Assembly: GCA_012295275.1 (NCBI GenBank)
Contig: CM022670.1
Span: forward strand, 21,824,001 to 21,888,000
Length of the DNA: 64,000 bases
Direction: 5' to 3'
Source: Chrysomallon squamiferum
Lineage: Eukaryota > Animalia > Mollusca
Numbering within the stretch: position 1 is the stretch's first letter; each line of letters starts with the position of its first letter. This document shows positions 55,717 to 64,000 of the stretch, in pieces. Under the pieces are notes generated by a model. The model worked only from the letters and a program-made list of their open reading frames with translations. It was not told the origin of the DNA and made no database searches. A program made the translations under genes and the position numbers.

Positions 55717-57354
55717 GCTACTACTACTACCACTCATTTTAATATTGTCGTTGTTGTTGTTCTTCTTCTTGTCACTTAATTCGATCCTGGCGATACGCCA
55801 GTTTTATTTTGTTTACGTTAAAAAAAATATGGTAATAATTTATCAAAACACATTTATAACCTATATTTAAGAGAAAAAGAAAGAAAAAAGAAAGACAAAT
55901 ATTATGATTACTGTCATGTGACTATGATCTGTAACATAGCAACCTCACTTTAATACTGCGTCGATTTCTTACTACCGGTGAGATATTTTATAAGTGACTT
56001 CAATTCGTCTATGAATCGTAGTAAACTATATCTGTGATATAGCGATACATATGAACATGTAAAAGATATCACGATCCTATGTCATTATGTTAGTGTTAGA
56101 TAGTATGTCTTTCCCTCTCGTTATTTGTCAGTAGTTTACTACATCGAATTTTATTAGCTCTACAGTAGTTTTTATGTAATTCTCTAACTCCTCGATATTT
56201 ATTTATATTGTTTTATATAACACAGTGACTAACACAGGTGTAGTTGTGTCACAATGGCGACGTTCAGTTCAGACGCTAGTATAATATAATATAATATAAA
56301 ATAACATAATATAATATAAAATAACATAATATAATATAAAATAATATAATATATCGAACTGATGTTTAACCTATATCATTGAAGCATTGTTCTATGTTAT
56401 TCTACAGGATAGAAGAGTGTCACCAGCTGTGCACTGTCACAGACGACTTTGTTTATTTTCATAATATTCTACTGGAGTATTGATGTAGTATTTCTCAAAA
56501 CTGTTGTCTAAGACGTAGATGAATGACGATGAGGATGAGGATCACATAAACAAACAGTAACAAGTAAGATAAAATTATATTCACTTAATCTTTAAACAGA
56601 CAAAAAAATAAATATAAAAAGCTGGATCTTAATAAACAAAACATCTCGTTATTTCTGAAATATTTTTTATTTTAATAATATATTTCCATGACCACATTCA
56701 CTATCTGGAAGAAATTCAATAATGATTTGCCATAAGCTAATAAATCAGCACAATAAGTATATACAAAAATGATGTGAACAAGATAAACGTTAAAGAAAAC
56801 AAACTGGAAAATTTACATATATACATGAACGAACTTTTTCTCGTGCATCAAACTTCTGTAAATAAGAGAAATAATGAGATAAATGGGTCAGTAAGGAAAA
56901 TGTTATCAAAGGTTTTCCAAATTATTTCCATAAACATTGTATAAGATACTTTGAGCTGTCTAATATATATTTCGAATTACCTATTAACTATCATTAAATG
57001 AATGTGTTTAGTAATATTTAGTAAATTCAGTTTGTTTTGAAAACAAAAAACAACCCAACATCAATACAAAAAAGAGAAATAGAAGAAAAAAAAGAAATTA
57101 AAGAAAGGAAAAGAGAAAATAAGAGAAATAAAAAACAACAGCAGCATAATAAAAGCAAAAAGAAGAAGCAAAATGGTTAAAAAACAACAACAACGAATCA
57201 AACAATCACAAAACTTTCGTTGTCTAGGACATCATTATTTTCTGAAATATTTTCATCATGTTAATAAAATTACATCTGCTAGGTTTCTGTCTCTAAAAAC
57301 ATGTTGAATGTATTTCTATGTTGTCTGGAAATGTACAGAAAATCGTGGAAGTGT

Positions 57355-60300
57355 TTATATCTTACTCATTTGCTCGTATGCAGATCCTTGATCAAAAGTT
57401 TCAACTTGTAAAGCGTCGTAGTCATTTGTCTCTTGTTGGTTGTCGTCTGTGTTGTGTTGTGTGTTGTCACCATCAAGATGTCCTGCACATTTTCTTTTAC
57501 GTCTGGAAGATTTCTGGTCTGACGCAGGGGCAGCATCGACATCGTCGCCAACAGCTTCGTATACTGGAGCACTTGCCGTTGCTGTTGTGGGTTGGATATT
57601 CTGACTTTTAAAAAAAGACACAGCTGGTTCCTTCGATTTCGTCGTTGTTCTTTTGCTCCTGAAATTATTTATATACATAAATCAACAAAATTTAATTAAT
57701 CGTGTTTTAAGTCAGTTTATGATTTACTTTCCTAACACATATTATCAAATGTTTGGTCGATATATTACGTATCTTGAGACAGAGATATTTAATCATTAAT
57801 AAATATCTGAATGTAATGTTTGTTTATTACAGTAAATACTGTATAACATATTAAATTATTTACTTACTTAATAACTAGAATAAGTGCAGCTGCACTTAAA
57901 CTCAAGGCTAAAACTGTGAGACATGAGAAAAAGATAATAACACTGTCTGTGATTATTTGTTGTAAAACTGAAAACAAAATTCAACAAAACAATTATTATA
58001 GTTTAAACAAATTTAAGTCACAAAAAAAAACGCGAAAGATTACGTTTGTAAATGTATTTATTAAATAACAATACATTTTTTTATATATAAAATAAGAAGA
58101 AAACAAAATAATATTCTACTAAGCGACAACCATGACTGAGAGGAATATAATACATATTGTTACCTGTATTACAAGATATACCCTGCCACCCGGCCACGCA
58201 CCCATCAACGCATAATCCTGTCATAAAATCACATTTCTGGTTACCATGGCAATGTCTGTCAGCGCAGATCTGGAGGCAGCCTTCACCATACATGCCAAGA
58301 GGGCACTCTGTGATTGAAACGTGTAAACCAGTATTAATTATCTTTTAAAAACACAAACGTACGTTCTTGTACGTGCCTAAATACCTTGTTAAAAACAAAT
58401 ATAATAAAAGACAGTATTACATAAACACTCACTTACGAGCATATTCCGTACGTGCATACACAAATACAAATATACATACAAAACAGTAGACACAAAATTA
58501 TATCATTCATGGAACAGTTTGATTACTCATGGTCTCTCATTTTCATTCTTTTATTGTTATTTTATGTAAACAATTTATGAAGAATATGTGAACAATCTCT
58601 GTTCACAGCAAATGGACATCGGATTGAAAAGAAAATTTCTCGATGCCAGTTACGACAGATGTGATGCATATTTAGTTCTAGCCATTAAACCAAATCCAAG
58701 CTAAAACTCTAAAAAATCCAAGGTTGTACCACCGTTAGGGTAATTATTTGTTCCCTGATAAAAAGCCACGTATTAGGCATTTGAATTAGTGAGCTAAGTA
58801 AAAGCTGAAAACAATGTGTGCTAGAAGTAAACATTTCAACTATGATTTGTTTAACACGAAGCATTGCTCGCTTTAACTCACCGTATACTTCAACTTCTAT
58901 AAAATGCAAGGTCGTACCAGTGAGGCTGCCATGGTCTGTTCCTTGATAAACAGTCACGTATCTGGCATTAACATTACACGTGAAACTCACGACATCAGGA
59001 ATATCAGTAACAGTACCACACAGATGTCCTGTGTTAGATGAATTCACTGCTGTGTTTGTGTAGATCTGTACTCCGAGTCTTCGCCACTCATCTAAACAGA
59101 TCAGTAACTTTGAAATGAAATAACTGTTTAGAAAATGTATTTCTTATCCCAATTTAATATTAAAAAAATACTAATTATACTTGTCTATGGACTTCGCGAA
59201 TCTATCTACTCTTAATGAGATGACAGTTGTTGATACCTTGTCAGCTGGTGTGATAACAATTTTGCGGTTTTTCTGTAGATTGTTTATATTAGGCGGTTCC
59301 ATAAACAACATATTTTTGTTTAATCGAATAAAGCATGAAATTTCGAATATTTCCATTCATATTTTTGGTGACGTTTTGGCTGCGTTTAAGAAATAACTAT
59401 CGTTTCCAGCTATATTTACAATATGTGTACCTAATCCTATAATATTATTATAATGAATTTCTTCTTTACCTGAAGTTAGTACACCTTTATTGATAGATTA
59501 TTTTGATCATTGATTACCTGAAACTCGTTATTAAGGATTGCCTCTGTATTGTTTAGGTCTCTCAAAGTTCTAGTGGCCAAATAAATTTGCTTTAAATATG
59601 ATTTTTTTTTCTTGACTTGCCAAAAGTTTAAAAACACACACATATATATATATATATATTTGGAGACACAACAGTTTCCTTTTGCTATGATTTTCCATAT
59701 AGAACTACCTTATTTCATAACTCACTTATTTTCTATAGGTTAATTTTCTTTTTATTATTTATGACCATTGATCTAAAAGTATTAAAGTTAAGACTCAAAT
59801 AGAATTATATTTGTAGTTGAGGCCGTTTACTTAAGTTAAGCAGTGATAGATTTGAGAATCTTTAAAACAAAAGGGTGTCATCATTGAATAGTACGTTTAG
59901 ACGGTGTATCTGTCTGTGGTGATAATGGACTCTATTTTTGTCAGTTTGCCTGGCTGTACCGTATTATCTTTAACTTGATCAAAGTCTGGCTGTTTTCTTC
60001 TTCATTATTATTTTAAATTTAAGATTTTTAGATACTTTAATTAGTAAATTTATTGTCCGATTGCCCAAATTTTTGTTCATTTGTGCTGAACATTAGGTTA
60101 ATTGTTTTTAGTGCTGGCTTTATGAACGAGTTTAATTCTTGCCTTACTTTAGAGGGCTCTAGATAGAGCAGAATGTGCATGATTCTCCTCAAGGAGTTTA
60201 ATATTAAGTAAGATGAATGCATATTATGAAAGTATTTATGTATACATATATGATGTATGATTGTATCTAGGTTTTATGTATGTAGGTATGTATTCATATC

Positions 60301-62024
60301 TATTCATATTACATATATCTGTTTTTATGCTGTATAATTATATGATTTATGTTATTAAAAAAGTAAAAAATAAAAAGATACAGAAGAAAAAAGAGATAAA
60401 GGCAAAGAAACATATTTACGTACCTTCCTCTCTGAAATGCATTTTCACTTGTTGAACAAAGTACAGTTCTCCTAGATCCACTTCCCACCACGTGTAAGGC
60501 TGATATATCCCTGTGTGTATAAAGTTGTTTCCATTCTGTTCAGTTTCTCCGTCCACAGCTAGTGATGCACTGCGTTGTGACATGTACTCGTCTGAGTAGT
60601 AAGAACTCTGGTAGGCTGGCTTATGTAGAGCTACATTTTCTGTAGTAAACGACAAACAAACAAGTAAACATATAATCAGTAATATCAGCTTGTATAAAAA
60701 TAAATGAATTCTACATATTCATATACTTATTAGATTTCATACACGTTACTCATTTTCCTTTCATACTTTCTATGTACTTCCAGTCATTAAAAGATAACAC
60801 AAATAGAAGAAAACAGTACAAATAGGCATTAAACTAATAGTTTACTTTATTGTTTTTTCTCAGAAATACAAGATGCGCCGCGCTACTTTTATTTATTTCG
60901 CCACAACCTGCAGTGACTTCGCTTCTCTCCTTCACTTATTATATTTGATACACTGAGTATAATTGTCTGTAATATAATTACTGCAGGTGTAGAACTACCA
61001 TTGTATTTTAGGTATAAATAGTCAGATATATCAATTCGAAAAACACATATATCTTTTATGTTCTGTTTTATCCATTACATGCCATAATTTAACATTGAAT
61101 TCTAAACTAAAATGCCAGATTTTATATTTAATTTACGTAATTCTCTGGATTTTAAGTTCAAATGTATCATTTTACAGATTAGTCATCTGAAGCATATTTT
61201 GTATGAAAATGTTTGTATTTAATACACAGTGATCTCGGAAATTTGTTTTTTGAAACTTACTCTAGACCAATCGTTATTTACCACACACATTTAACAAAAG
61301 ATCAAACTGTGGGATAGTTTGGCGAATGAACTACTATTTATTCACAGTAAACCCCTTTTATTGGCATTAAAGGCTTGAGCGCAGTAGGTTCCAGAATTCA
61401 TAAAATATATCTAAACTTATACATACACTAATATAATTATAGTGTTATATGTGTGTCTTTGTACGTGCGTGTCTACATTTGTGTACACACTGATACAAAA
61501 TATTTCAGAATGGGTCTCTGCAAACTTCTATGATAATCTATCTCTTTTTGAAAATAAAATAAAATAAACAACAACAACGGAAAAAAAATCACGGATTCAA
61601 TTCATTATTGTACTAACACTTCTGTTGTCCACGTAAATTGTAACATGTTTTGGAAACAAAGAAATACTTCAAAAGTTAACTTTTTTTTTTCCGTTCATGC
61701 ATTATTTAAAAACTGTACACATCATCTTTCAAATGTCAAAGAAAAAAACAAAAACAAAACGAAACGAAACAAACTGTTGATAAATTATTAAGACTGTAAT
61801 TCTAACAGAAAACCAAATATATAAATAATTTCTAAAACGCCACTGCCTATTACATCTGAAATAGATCAGGATTATCTGGAATGAAAAAGAAGCATGTAAA
61901 ATACATGAAAAAATCTGCAACAAGCTCATCACTGATAATTAACTTACCAAACTGCGAATATCTTAACATGAGATATAAAAATGAAACACACAGTAACAGT
62001 GAAAAATGTGCACATTGCAGCCAT
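57355..62024 (-). CDS. F-type lectin, 1 EGF, TM, tail receptor paralogue (copy A); signal exon out of phase
   Basis: Exons 60424-60639, 58882-59091 (FTLD), 58164-58307 (EGF), 57868-57967 (TM VIIFFSCLTVLALSLSAAALILVI) and 57355-57658 (tail) are all open and phase-compatible. Signal exon 61948-62024 is 77 nt rather than 79. Confidence 0.7.
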
Positions 62025-62770
62025 GCTATGTTAGTCCTGCCAACTAGGAAGTATTTTATTTCTAGACTCTCTCTTTCCTATTGTCTCCTTCCGTTTGTTT
62101 TCACATGGTGAATTGATGTCGATGCAGATAATTATGTAAAAGACGCAAAACGCGGTACATAATATTTTATATGTTTTAAACTATACAAATGAGGAAGTCA
62201 TCAGAAACGATAAAAACAGTGACGGACAAGATCAACTCCTATCTCAGGTTGCCGGCTTCACGAATAAAATGTAAATAAATAAATATACCTCTGTATGAAT
62301 CAGTATACGATCCTCTCACTCATGAATATTCAGTAACCACCACAGAGACGCCAACACTAATGACGTTAAAAAGCAGAATAATTGACACTAATGTCAATGC
62401 TCTACTTCAGATATAAAAAAGCCTATACACAGATTTTTCTTTTATGTTTCATTGTCCCGGAAAACACTGCTAATAATAGGGTTGGAGCGTATAATTACCT
62501 AGTGTAACATATACAAACATATAAAGATATTATTAAATTAGAATAGAAATAGTAAAAAAGAGCATATAAATATACAAATAAAGGACACAACGACAAACAC
62601 TCATAAATAATGAGATTTCTGTTGAGCAAAGTTAACAACAGTGGTACCTCTCTTGTGGAGAATCGCAGGTGTCCATTCATCAGAGGTACAATAATAAAAT
62701 ACAATTTAGTTTTTATCATATTCAGAAGAAAAATGAATCAAGGCAGGGAGAGAGAGAGAGAGAGAGAGAG

Positions 62771-62859
<89 letters not shown>

Positions 62860-63074
62860 AGTATGTACTGAAACATAAAGATTGTTTGAATAGACAGTTG
62901 TTTATTTTTCATTGCAGGGCATTACGTTTCGTCACCTAATGAGTGTTTATTTTACATTTAGTTTAATTCACCAAAAAAAACAACAACACACAGACACTTT
63001 TTTATATAGTATAAAATATTACACAAGTCTGATGTAAGGGTCTTTTAAAACAGTTATGGCTTTGTATCTCTTTA

Positions 63075-63368
63075 AAAAATAAAAATAACGGACAACAAGG
63101 AAACACACTGCAGCCATGTTGTGTTAAACTAGACACTGTGATCCCGGAAGACTTGTTGTTCTTCAAGGCGTAGACGCTTAGTCAACGTTTACTGTCACAT
63201 TTTGTGTATTGTTCCTTCTTTCTCCTCGGTGCAAACTGAATATACATATGATTAACTGGGTCGCACTGCAGACATACCCTGTGTCACTCTTCATTCACTG
63301 TATAAACAGTATTCTATGAAATACTTTTATCAAATAAACAAAGCTATAATAATAATAATAATAATAAC

Positions 63369-63406
<38 letters not shown>

Positions 63407-63417
63407 TAATAATAATA

Positions 63418-63471
<54 letters not shown>

Positions 63472-63796
63472 TAGTAATAATGGTAGTAGGAGCAGCAGTA
63501 GTAGTAGTAATAATAATAACAATAATAGTAGTAGTAGAGAGACGTAGTGGTAGTAGTAGTAGGAGGAGGAGGATTAGTGGTGGTGGTGGTAGTTTTGGTT
63601 TGTTGTAATATCAGTAGCAACAATATTAATATCGGAAGTATTTTTGCAGATGAAAACAAATATATTAGCACAAAATAACAAATAACGGCCATATTGTCTT
63701 TTCTGTTTGAAAGTTTTAAATTTATTACTTCAAATGAGTACAGTTTTTTTCTTCTGTGTGTGAGTTGCATCTATCTTTTTAGTGTCAGTATGTGAA

Positions 63797-63800
<4 letters not shown>
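63075..63800 (-). promoter_or_regulatory. Orphan copy of the copy-B upstream region with the start of a signal exon (ATG 63117, MAAVCFLVV..)
   Basis: 63111-63270 is nearly identical to 51723-51882, and weaker similarity continues to ~63800 vs ~52260. The reading frame has no splice donor and stops after 32 codons. Confidence 0.6.
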
Positions 63801-63861
<61 letters not shown>

Positions 63862-64000
63862 CTGTTTAATCATATTTAACAGAAAAAGGAGTATAACGTT
63901 ACTTCTTCTTTAAATAAAGGAAAATACACAGTTATCTAAAAATAAATCTTTCTCTGAGTTAAATCAGTATTTGTGTAACAGTGTAAAATATCTGTCGAGC

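Noticed and set aside
63295-63770. Poly-Ile/Tyr/Thr and ERER/SLSL ORFs here and elsewhere
   Set aside because: Translations of microsatellites.

Overview
AT-rich, microsatellite-dense animal genomic DNA with spliceosomal introns; a mollusc-like lophotrochozoan is inferred. Two 200-N gaps are present. The right half (30.4-62 kb, minus strand) is a tandem cluster of at least four paralogous multi-exon genes. They encode type I membrane receptors: signal peptide, F-type (fucolectin) lectin domain, a variable number of 8-Cys EGF-like repeats, TM, and a cytoplasmic tail with paired Tyr motifs. One copy (37224-43677) splices cleanly to 581 aa. The others are chimeric, frameshifted or truncated. The cluster also holds orphan EGF, tail and promoter modules, including an in-frame TM-deleted terminal exon. 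The left half holds an orphan tail exon, a hierarchical 40/42-bp satellite and a ~10.7-kb duplication across a gap that carries a hAT (Charlie/Buster) element. It also has a decayed CAMSAP/patronin gene fragment and several transposon relics. All gene models were spliced and translated by eye; no database searches were run.
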